A stretch of DNA of 62,594 nucleotides, the filler included, from Candidatus Desantisbacteria bacterium CG1_02_49_89 (GTDB lineage: Bacteria; Desantisbacteria; UBA1551): NCBI GenBank assembly GCA_001871075.1. It is 5 parts of 5 records of this genome, joined end to end, with 100 filler letters (N's around TTAATTAATTAA, not from the genome) between each part and the next. Parts side by side here need not be neighbours in the genome. Positions count along the whole stretch, not along the records: positions 15,681 to 25,985 come from MNUP01000026.1; positions 26,086 to 49,733 come from MNUP01000091.1; 3 more parts are not named here. One strand, 5' to 3'. Position numbers and translations under genes: made by a program. Position 1 is the first letter of the stretch; the number at the start of each line of letters is the position of its first letter. Below are positions 21,613 to 29,140 of the stretch, in pieces. The notes under the pieces were generated by a model. The model did no database searches. It saw only the letters and a program-made list of their open reading frames with translations, and was not told the DNA's origin.

Positions 21613-21980
21613 TTGTTTTTGTCAGTTTCTCTTTTTTCTATTCCCAAAATCAGATTGGTAAGCATCCTGCAAACTATATCCAGATCGTTTCTGTAATTCT
21701 CAACCTCGATATTTGTTAAAATCTCGTTGCTCCTGCACATTTCCAATAAAGGAACGCACTCAAAAGCTGACCCTCTTGCTATCAGGAAAAATTGCTTTCT
21801 ATCATTCTTGCTGAACCTACCGTTCCCTTCAGCTATATTAAGGGATATAGACATTGAAGCTCTTCTTAACTGGTCTATCAAAGAATAATAACCCTTTATT
21901 TGCTCAGTTGATTTAGTAATTTTATTACTGAATTCTAAAGCCCTTTTATATACGTCTAATTTTTCAAAAAGAAATGGCAT
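21609..21980 (-). CDS. Four helix bundle protein (23S rRNA IVP / Avd-like family)
   Basis: FEKLDVY...DQLRRASMSISLNIAEG...FFLIARGSAFE; AT-rich relative to neighbours. Confidence 0.92.
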   Translation of the reverse strand: MPFLFEKLDVYKRALEFSNKITKSTEQIKGYYSLIDQLRRASMSISLNIAEGNGRFSKNDRKQFFLIARGSAFECVPLLEMCRSNEILTNIEVENYRNDLDIVCRMLTNLILGIEKRETDKNK

Positions 21981-22001
21981 AAATTCTCCGAAAAACGAAA
22001 G

Positions 22002-22230
22002 AGATTAAACAAATACTGAAAATAGAGCAATTGAGAATAGACCGTCCCAACATCTTGCTATCGCAAGATAGCAGTTGGGACTCCATTGCTCCAAATTTTC
22101 CCTTCGGGAAAAAGATTAAACAAATACTGAAAATAGAGCAATTGAGAATAGACCGCAATGTCGCTTTAATTTTAATCTATTCTCTATTTTCTATTGCTCC
22201 ATTGCTCCAAATTTTCCCTTCGGGAAAATT
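22002..22230 (-). repeat. Tandem duplicated ~110-bp element immediately 3' of tmRNA
   Basis: Two units AGATTAAACAAATACTGAAAATAGAGCAATTGAGAATAGACCG...CTCCATTGCTCCAAATTTTCCCTTCGGGAAAA; homolog at 61012-61102. Confidence 0.9.
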
Positions 22231-22232
22231 TA

Positions 22233-22575
22233 TGGAGGTGGGGGGAATCGAACCCCCGTCCGAAAATATCTCAACAGAAACGTCTACATACTTATTCCGC
22301 ATTTAATCTCGTCCCGCTCACTCCTGCGGACGGGATAAGAACGAGACCAACCTGTATTTGTTTTCGCCCCGCTTTCACAGGCATAAAGCAGAACTATCCC
22401 GCATATCTTGTGCCCTTTCCGGACCTGCGGGCGAAACCGGAAGGACATACCCGCCTAAGGCGGGTTACGCTACTAAAGTGTTCGCGTTTGAAATTTGCCG
22501 GAAATTTTACGAGGTTCCCGACATTCTCGGTATGCAGTTTCTGGTCTATATCCCCGTCGAATCCAGTTCACCCCC
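22233..22575 (-). ncRNA. ssrA: tmRNA
   Basis: 5' GGGGGTGAACTGGATTCGAC; 3' GGGGGTTCGATTCCCCCCACCTCCA with G3-U wobble; directly downstream of smpB. Confidence 0.95.
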
Positions 22576-22584
22576 ATTAATACC

Positions 22585-22650
22585 GTCGTACGTCGTAGGT
22601 CGTACGTTTTAAAGATTTATACGTACGACGTAAGACGCATGACGCGCGAC
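22585..22650. repeat. CGTACGT 7-mer inverted tandem element
   Basis: GTCGTACGTCGTAGGTCGTACG ... ACGTACGACGTAAGACGCATGACG; relatives at 23191-23270 and 44838. Confidence 0.85.
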
Positions 22651-22654
22651 GGAT

Positions 22655-23110
22655 TTAAACGTCTTTCCTGCCGCGCATCACTCTCTGCACTTCAATGTTA
22701 TCGGCTTTCTTCCTCAGGCTTTCCCGCTTGTCATGCAGGTTCTTGCCCTTGGCAAGCCCGATCTCCAGCTTGGCAACCCCTTTTTTAAAGTATAGCTTCG
22801 TTGGTATCAGGGTCAGGCCCCTGCGGGAGATCTTGCCCGCGAGCCTGTTGAGCTCTTCTTTATGAAGCAGGAGCTTCCTTGTGCGCACCGGGTCATAATC
22901 GCTCTGGTCGTATGAATAGGGGTTTATATGCATGTTATAAACGAACGCCTCACCCCTTTCTATCCTTCCAAAACCGTCCCCGATGTTCGCCTTGCCGTCC
23001 CTCAGGGACTTGACTTCCCCGCCTGTCAGCACCAGCCCGGCTTCATACGTTTCAAGTATGAAGTAATCGTGATACGCCTTTCTGTTTGTTACTATTATCT
23101 TTTCACCCAT
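22655..23110 (-). CDS. smpB: SsrA-binding protein
   Basis: NRKAYHDY...EAGLVL.GGEVKSLR...RKLLLHK...GKNLHDKRE. Confidence 0.99.
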   Translation of the reverse strand: MGEKIIVTNRKAYHDYFILETYEAGLVLTGGEVKSLRDGKANIGDGFGRIERGEAFVYNMHINPYSYDQSDYDPVRTRKLLLHKEELNRLAGKISRRGLTLIPTKLYFKKGVAKLEIGLAKGKNLHDKRESLRKKADNIEVQRVMRGRKDV

Positions 23111-23344
23111 TGTTTTTCAACTATTCAACTAAAGACTTTTTACAGGGAACCCTCCACTAAGATTGGCGGGCAGGCTTAAGAGAACTTATTTCGTCGTGCG
23201 TCGTAAGTCGTATGTCGTTCGCAAATGATTTTAATAATACGCAAGACGTTCGACACATGACGTATGACGGCATTATGAATCCCGCTGAATCCCTGTGAAA
23301 ATTGTATTTTCTATGAAAATCCGTGTAAATCCGTGGCTCAATTA

Positions 23345-23950
23345 TTATTTTGTTTTCTCGATTATCTCAATGTCGTCGATGGTCCACTCGACCGGTATCT
23401 CGGAGGCGTCCTCGCAGGCTATCCTGGGCGCGAGCATTATCCCATCCCTGGGCTGCGTGTAATAAAAGTCTATCTGCGCCTTGTGCCACCTTCGGCCGTC
23501 ATTTGCCTCTTTCAGGTATAAGATAGTGGTCTGGCGGGCGTCCACCTCCAGCATTTCCCAGCTCCATGCGACCATGTGGAAAACAAGTTGGCCTTCCTTT
23601 TCCGGCGATTTTATTTTATACCAGAAAGTAAGGGTCCCTTCAAGGGATTTTATGGGAACGAACCGGTTCAGCCAGACCGCTTCTCCCTTAGAAGTGATCC
23701 TAAGAGCCCTTTTGCCTGAGTGCGCGTCCTTGACGAATTCAAGAGAATCCCTGGGGTTCCCGCACCAACCGTCAGCGTTGTCCTTAGCAGGCACAGCCAT
23801 CTTCACCGGATCATTTTCCGGAACTATCTTTTCATTTTCCATATCGCCCTGCGGAAAAAGATTCTTCACGGTCTCTTTCTTTTCCGCCGCGAAAGCCAGC
23901 ATTCCCGCCGCCATGAACAGGCATAAAAGAACAACTGTTAATCTCCTCAT
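23345..23950 (-). CDS. Secreted protein with single CBM-like domain
   Basis: Signal peptide; DAHSGKRAL...FWYK...WH...DF...PRI...IDDI parallels the N-terminal domain of 650..5239. Confidence 0.65.
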   Translation of the reverse strand: MRRLTVVLLCLFMAAGMLAFAAEKKETVKNLFPQGDMENEKIVPENDPVKMAVPAKDNADGWCGNPRDSLEFVKDAHSGKRALRITSKGEAVWLNRFVPIKSLEGTLTFWYKIKSPEKEGQLVFHMVAWSWEMLEVDARQTTILYLKEANDGRRWHKAQIDFYYTQPRDGIMLAPRIACEDASEIPVEWTIDDIEIIEKTK

Positions 23951-24035
23951 CTTTGCCTCCTGATTAATTAGGGACAGACACTATTTATTTTGATATCTTG
24001 CTGAAAAAAAGTAGAAGCGTCCCCTTTATTTCAAA

Positions 24036-24054
24036 TGCCGAAGGGGGGAATCGA
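24036..24054 (-). mobile_element. tRNA-Leu 3'-end fragment (att site remnant)
   Basis: Minus strand TCGATTCCCCCCTTCGGCA matches the 3' end of tRNA-Leu at 60966-60984 (17/19). Confidence 0.7.
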
Positions 24055-24146
24055 CCGAGCACAAATCTTCTAACTCCTGTTATATCAATAAAAGTTAAGG
24101 ATTCCCCTCGGTATTACCCCTCCGCGATTCTTTTATTTCTTTTTAC

Positions 24147-24207
24147 TTGTTTTTATATTTTTGTGTTTGTTTTTGTCTGAACATGGCACAAATTTGGCAC
24201 AAATTTT
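24147..24207. repeat. 61-bp direct repeat, copy 1 (TGGCACAAAT x2)
   Basis: Near-identical to 25585-25645. Confidence 0.9.
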
Positions 24208-24258
24208 GTTTCCCTAATTTGCTTCAATGACTTGCTCAGCACTTTTGTATGTCTTTTC

Positions 24259-25482
24259 TTATAAGCCGATGCTTTTTAAAGGTTCAGCAAAGAAATCTTT
24301 CAGGCGAATTTGTTTTATTTTGCCTTCTACCCTATTTTTATAATTTGAAACAATAATGCCTTCAGCGTTTTTGTAACGTCTGACGAATATATTAATCCCA
24401 TTCGAAATTTTACCATCTGCCCCTGACTTAATTTCTAAAGCAATAATTCTGGACCCAACCTGAATTACGAAATCAACTTCCAATTGTCTTTCCCTCCAAT
24501 AGAAGAGGTTTCCGCCCAGGGCTTGCACCGCAAGATACAGTCTTGCCCCTGCTGCGTTTTCAACCATTCTTCCCCAGGATACCTTATCCGCTTTTGTAGT
24601 TTTGTAGTCCCTGCCTCTCATAGCGGAGATTATAGCATTGTCAAAAACAAGTAGTTTTGGTATTGAACCTTTTTGCTTCACCCTGCTTCCGCTCCACCTT
24701 TCCAAAGAACCTGCCAGAAAAGCATTTGACAGTAACTTCAGGTACGAAACCAGAGTAGTAGCGTTCCCCGCATCCTGCAGTTGTCCCAGCATTTTTTGAT
24801 AGCTGACTATTTCGGCAGGATGTGCAACGGCAAGGCCAAAAGTCTGACGCAGCAAAGCCGGCTTTGTCACGGGAGACATCAGAAGCACGTCTTTGGATAG
24901 AACGGTTTCTATCAATGAATCACGGATATAGCGCATCCACCTTTCCTCGTCCTTGCGCATGGGAAGCGCTCCGGGATATCCTCCAAAGTATAAATATTCA
25001 TTTAGATTAAGAGAAAAACACTCCCTGCATTCAGAAAATGACCACTGGTAATGCCGGTGGAGTTCAAACCGCCCTGCAAGACTTTCAGTAAGCCCCCTCT
25101 GCATTAAAAGAGCTGAGGAACCCAGCAGAACGGCTCTCAAAGGAGTTTTGTTTCTATGGTCTTCATCATATAACTTTTTTACTATTTCACTCCACCGAGG
25201 AATTTTTTGAATCTCATCTAATATAAGCAGTGTTTCCTGCTTTTTCTTTTTAGAAAGTAGTCTTGCTTTTAACCATTGTTCAGCAATCCAATTCGAAGAA
25301 GGCGTTTGAGGCAGGTCTGCTGCCTCGTAAATCTTATTGCCATTCCATTCATCCAGGATCTGCATGGCAAGGGTTGTTTTTCCCACCTGGCGCGGCCCGA
25401 CAACTGCCTGGATTAAATTGGGCTTGCAGTGCAACACCCGCCATAGAGAGTCGAATAATTTCTTTCTTTTATAGTTTTTCAC
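24259..25482 (-). CDS. AAA+ ATPase (AAA_14 + DUF4143) with PD-(D/E)XK-like C-terminus
   Basis: GPRQVGKTT, LDEIQ, ESLAGR, GGYP, EVDFV...LEIKS. Confidence 0.9.
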   Translation of the reverse strand: MKNYKRKKLFDSLWRVLHCKPNLIQAVVGPRQVGKTTLAMQILDEWNGNKIYEAADLPQTPSSNWIAEQWLKARLLSKKKKQETLLILDEIQKIPRWSEIVKKLYDEDHRNKTPLRAVLLGSSALLMQRGLTESLAGRFELHRHYQWSFSECRECFSLNLNEYLYFGGYPGALPMRKDEERWMRYIRDSLIETVLSKDVLLMSPVTKPALLRQTFGLAVAHPAEIVSYQKMLGQLQDAGNATTLVSYLKLLSNAFLAGSLERWSGSRVKQKGSIPKLLVFDNAIISAMRGRDYKTTKADKVSWGRMVENAAGARLYLAVQALGGNLFYWRERQLEVDFVIQVGSRIIALEIKSGADGKISNGINIFVRRYKNAEGIIVSNYKNRVEGKIKQIRLKDFFAEPLKSIGL

Positions 25483-25494
25483 ACCTGCCCCTAT

Positions 25495-25528
25495 TTACAA
25501 TTTGTTCAGTCGACTGAACAAATTGTAA
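25495..25528. promoter_or_regulatory. Perfect 34-bp palindrome, putative operator of the ATPase gene
   Basis: TTACAATTTGTTCAGTC|GACTGAACAAATTGTAA just upstream of the GTG start. Confidence 0.6.
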
Positions 25529-25584
25529 GTGATTATGTATAATATATTACTCATTTTTGATAAAAAGTCAAGAAAAATCAAAAT

Positions 25585-25645
25585 TTGTTTTTATATTCTT
25601 GTGTTTGTTTTTGTCTGGATATGGCACAAATCTGGCACAAATTTT
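25585..25645. repeat. 61-bp direct repeat, copy 2
   Basis: TTGTTTTTATATTCTTGTGTTTGTTTTTGTCTGGATATGGCACAAATCTGGCACAAATTTT. Confidence 0.9.
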
Positions 25646-25985
25646 ATTTCTCAAAACCAAGAATAACATTTATTTGTGTTGAATTAGGTAATGTGTCCCC
25701 GGAATCCTAAAAATTAAATGAACCCGTCCCCTTTATTCTAATTTTAGGAACTTCTTCAATTAATTAATAAATAGGCACAGCTGTCACATTTTTCTATTTT
25801 TCTTGCGAATTAAATTTAACCGTCACCTTCATTATTACCAGTCAGAAGGGACAAGGGCATTTCCTTCGCGCCACCTTTCAATAATACGTGTTTGAAAATC
25901 AACTTCTCCTGCAAATTCCGGGGACACAATACTTAATTGCCTTTTATATGGCACAAATTTAATTTCATCGCTATAGAGTAAGACA

Positions 25986-26085
25986 NNNNNNNNNNNNNNN
26001 NNNNNNNNNNNNNNNNNNNNNNNNNNNNNTTAATTAATTAANNNNNNNNNNNNNNNNNNNNNNNNNNNNNNNNNNNNNNNNNNNN
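25986..26085. other. Artificial contig linker
   Basis: N-run with TTAATTAATTAA. Confidence 0.97.
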
Positions 26086-26275
26086 GTCCCGCTATCCTGC
26101 AAGCGGACGTTCTTGTAGTGCTGCCCTTGTCTTTGAAAAGGAAAATTCTTATTCTCATCTACGTTCCTTGAGCGTGCTGCTTTTTGCTCAATTATGTATT
26201 AAGATGAATATTACTAAATATAAGTATAATGCTTTTTTCTGTTTTGTCAAGAAAATAATGATATTATGTCCTTTT

Positions 26276-26815
26276 TTACTTTCGCTTACTTTTCTTTACT
26301 TTTTCCTGTAACCACTGCTCAAGCTTCTGATGGCTGAACCTCCACTGTTTTCCCACCCTGGATGCTGGTATTTTGCCCTTGTTCGCAAGCCTGTAGATTG
26401 TCATACCGGTTACTTTTAGGAACTGGGCTGCCTCCTTTAGGGTCAAAATTTGAGTTATATCCTTAACAGGCTTCTCAAGGAAGTCTGAAGCGCCAAGCTT
26501 GAAAGCAGCCCTTATCCGGTCATCTATCTCATAGCCACTCATCATTATGGCGGTTGTCTTTGGGCTGATCCTTTTCAGTTCCTTCAGGACCTCTACGCCG
26601 TCCATGCCTGAAGGCAGGACCACGTCTATGAATGCAAGGTCATACTCTGTCTTTTCAGCCAGAGAAAGGGCATCTCTGCCTGTCAGGGCTACGCTTACCT
26701 CGCAGGTATCCCTAAATATACGCTTGAAGAACTCAAGCATAGCCAGCTCGTCGTCTACGACAAGGATCTTGAATTTGGATTCCGAGTGCGCTTCTTTTTT
26801 GTCTTCTTCCTGCAT
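26276..26815 (-). CDS. Response regulator with C-terminal excisionase-like (HTH_17) domain
   Basis: ILVVDDE...FIDVVLP...FLEKP receiver; LTLKEAAQFLKVTGMTIYRLANKGKIPASRVGKQWRF. Confidence 0.9.
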   Translation of the reverse strand: MQEEDKKEAHSESKFKILVVDDELAMLEFFKRIFRDTCEVSVALTGRDALSLAEKTEYDLAFIDVVLPSGMDGVEVLKELKRISPKTTAIMMSGYEIDDRIRAAFKLGASDFLEKPVKDITQILTLKEAAQFLKVTGMTIYRLANKGKIPASRVGKQWRFSHQKLEQWLQEKVKKSKRK

Positions 26816-26862
26816 GTCTCCGACTTTCTACCCAAAGTGTGATTTTTCAAACTCAACAAACA

Positions 26863-26902
26863 GAATGACGCAGAATGACAAGGAATGACACAGAATGACA
26901 AA
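26863..26902. repeat. GAATGAC 10-bp-period direct repeats (putative integrase arm sites)
   Basis: GAATGACGCA GAATGACAAG GAATGACACA GAATGACAAA. Confidence 0.7.
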
Positions 26903-26991
26903 TTATTACAATGCGTGGACATCAGTTGGATATACTAAAACCAAGTATTTACCTTATATTTCAACTCTTTTCCTATTTTACCAAAATAGGT

Positions 26992-27030
26992 TTTCAAGTC
27001 ATGCGCCATCAACCGCTCGGCCACCTCTCC
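26992..27030 (-). pseudogene. tRNA-Ser(TGA) 5' half ending at the anticodon loop
   Basis: GGAGAGGTGGCCGAGCGGTTGATGGCGCATGA-CTTGAAA, then non-tRNA sequence. Confidence 0.75.
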
Positions 27031-27224
27031 CGCCTCGACGGCGGGTCGCCGAAGCGGCGACCATACCATCGTAGTTTTATATATCGCTTTACTTAGCCGC
27101 CTGCCGAAGAGGCACGGCGGCTATTATCTTTTGCCTGAATGACGCGGTTCCTGGGTGCTCTGCATAAATGAATGTCGGTCGTTCCACTCTTCCACCCGTC
27201 GAAGACTTAAGTGATGTCTTCGAC

Positions 27225-27242
27225 CCACTCGGCCACCTCTCC
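27225..27242 (-). pseudogene. Second tRNA-Ser 5' fragment
   Basis: GGAGAGGTGGCCGAGTGG. Confidence 0.65.
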
Positions 27243-27363
27243 GAACTGCGAATTTGGTTTATTTTTCAACGTCTATATGCGAACTACACTTTATTTTACA
27301 CGATCAGATGATGACCACACTTCTGTCAATTAGAAAATACAGTAAAATTGATAAAGTCCAACG

Positions 27364-27783
27364 TCACAAATTTTTATTGGCAGATATGCGAAGTAGCTTG
27401 TTTACGACGTCGTTTATGATCTTGTCTGTCTTTTTATTGTTTGAAACCGTCCCTTCTATTGAAGTGCTCACTATTTCACCCGGCAGTCTTCCCGAACCTG
27501 CCTGACCTGTTACTTTGGAAACGCTATTCCTGCTGCCAGGATTTTGCGGCATAGACTTATCGCCTGAAACCACCGCGGGATCCTGTTTACGACCAGTATC
27601 TATCTTGCCCTTGATCAAATCATTGATCTCGCGTTTGTCAAAAAGAACACGACCGCCAAATTTATAGCAAGGCAACTCGCTTCGGGATACCTTGTTGCGG
27701 ATAGTACCAGGGGAAAGATTCGTGAATTCTGCTAATTGTTTTGTTGTTAACCAAACAATTTCTGCTTCTTTTGCTTTTTCCAT
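27364..27783 (-). CDS. Excisionase-like helix-turn-helix protein
   Basis: WLTTKQLAEFTNLSPGTIRNKVSRSELPCYKFGGRVLFD. Confidence 0.8.
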   Translation of the reverse strand: MEKAKEAEIVWLTTKQLAEFTNLSPGTIRNKVSRSELPCYKFGGRVLFDKREINDLIKGKIDTGRKQDPAVVSGDKSMPQNPGSRNSVSKVTGQAGSGRLPGEIVSTSIEGTVSNNKKTDKIINDVVNKLLRISANKNL

Positions 27784-27867
27784 TCTTTAATTTAACCTCC
27801 TTCTGGTTAATTCGGATGCTTACACGCCAAGCCAAAGGCTGCCTGGCCAAACGCTATTACCGCGTCG

Positions 27868-29040
27868 TCAGGCTGTTGCCACCAATTTATTCAGGTCGCT
27901 TACACTGCGAATGACAAATCTCTTTTTCGCTTCCAGACTGCTAAAAAACGCAAGTTGCTTTCCCGAAAGCTCGGTTTCATATTTAACCTCAATTAATTTT
28001 TTATCTTCCGTGAAAAAATCTATTTCCAGCTCGTTCTCATAAATATAGCGTGGGTTCAGGTCCTTAATTTTTAAAAATACGTAATTCTCAAACAGACTCC
28101 CCTTGTCCCTGAATCCCGTAAAAAATACCCTGATGCCCAGGTCAGCGGCATAAATTTTTCTGGGCGAAAGCATCGCTTCGTTGGTTTTTCCTTTCCTTTG
28201 AACGGAATAAATTAAATAAGAATCTATAAACATCTGCAGGAACCTTTTTGACGTGTCTGGAGAAATATTAAGAATGCGGGCTATCTTATTAATACTTGCT
28301 TTCTTTCCCGCCCTTTCCATTAAAAGAATGAAATAATCCTTCAGAACCTGGATATTCCTTATGTTGTGAACTGCGGCTATATCCTTGTATATTATATCGT
28401 CAACAAGGTCCTTTATATAATCTGTCTGCCCGTGCAGGACATATTCAGGCAGGCCGCCGGTGCCCAGATATTCCTCAAAATATCTTTCAACGAGATGACT
28501 GTCCGCCTTATTGATTTTAACACGCTTGAAATTCAGATATTCCTCAAAGTCCAGAGGCAGCACCTCAATTATATAGTTCCTTCCGGTTAGAAATGATTTC
28601 CTGCTTTTAAGAATGGAGGCGCTTGATGAAGACGCATAAATTTTTAAATTCTGGCTGTCATGAAGATTTTTAAGCTGGATTTCAAAATCATTCTGGTAGG
28701 CAATTTCATCAAGAAAAATAAAAACTTTCTCTTGGAAACCTAATTTATTGATTTTCCGATATTCTTCAATAATTTCCAGAATGGATTTTTTCAGAATCAG
28801 ATAATCATCAAGGCTTACGTAAAAAATATGTTTCGGGTCAATGCCTTTACTGTCAAGCAGTTTTTTAATAAAAAGTTTCATCAGGGTTGTCTTACCGATC
28901 CTGCGTAAACCTGTCAGAAAAATAACCGCTTTTGAAGAAAAATGTTTTTCCATCTTCCCCAGAAAAAATGGCCTTTCAATACCTTCCGGCTGATATTTTG
29001 CTTCCCACCAGGGATTATAACGATATAGCAGCTTTTCCAT
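27868..29040 (-). CDS. AAA+ ATPase (AAA_14 + DUF4143)
   Basis: NPWW, GLRRIGKTT, FLDEI, GGLPE, EIDF...IEVK; AT-rich. Confidence 0.9.
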   Translation of the reverse strand: MEKLLYRYNPWWEAKYQPEGIERPFFLGKMEKHFSSKAVIFLTGLRRIGKTTLMKLFIKKLLDSKGIDPKHIFYVSLDDYLILKKSILEIIEEYRKINKLGFQEKVFIFLDEIAYQNDFEIQLKNLHDSQNLKIYASSSSASILKSRKSFLTGRNYIIEVLPLDFEEYLNFKRVKINKADSHLVERYFEEYLGTGGLPEYVLHGQTDYIKDLVDDIIYKDIAAVHNIRNIQVLKDYFILLMERAGKKASINKIARILNISPDTSKRFLQMFIDSYLIYSVQRKGKTNEAMLSPRKIYAADLGIRVFFTGFRDKGSLFENYVFLKIKDLNPRYIYENELEIDFFTEDKKLIEVKYETELSGKQLAFFSSLEAKKRFVIRSVSDLNKLVATA

Positions 29041-29060
29041 AAAATTTACCTCTGGTATAT

Positions 29061-29089
29061 ATTATACGATAAAATCGTATAAAAGTCAA
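29061..29089 (-). promoter_or_regulatory. Sigma70 promoter with internal palindromic operator
   Basis: Minus strand TTGACT-N17-TATAAT enclosing TTATACGAT-N3-ATCGTATAA. Confidence 0.65.
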
Positions 29090-29140
29090 GAAAAATATAC
29101 GATTCCAGCTTTATTATCGTTTATGCAGCCTAAAACCTGG

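Noticed and set aside
21609..21980. Four-helix-bundle gene as Avd of a diversity-generating retroelement
   Set aside because: No RT gene and no TR/VR pair with adenine-specific mismatches seen
22002..22230. Repeat-spacer-repeat pattern as a CRISPR array
   Set aside because: Only two long units, the middles are hairpin/element sequence, and no cas genes are in the window
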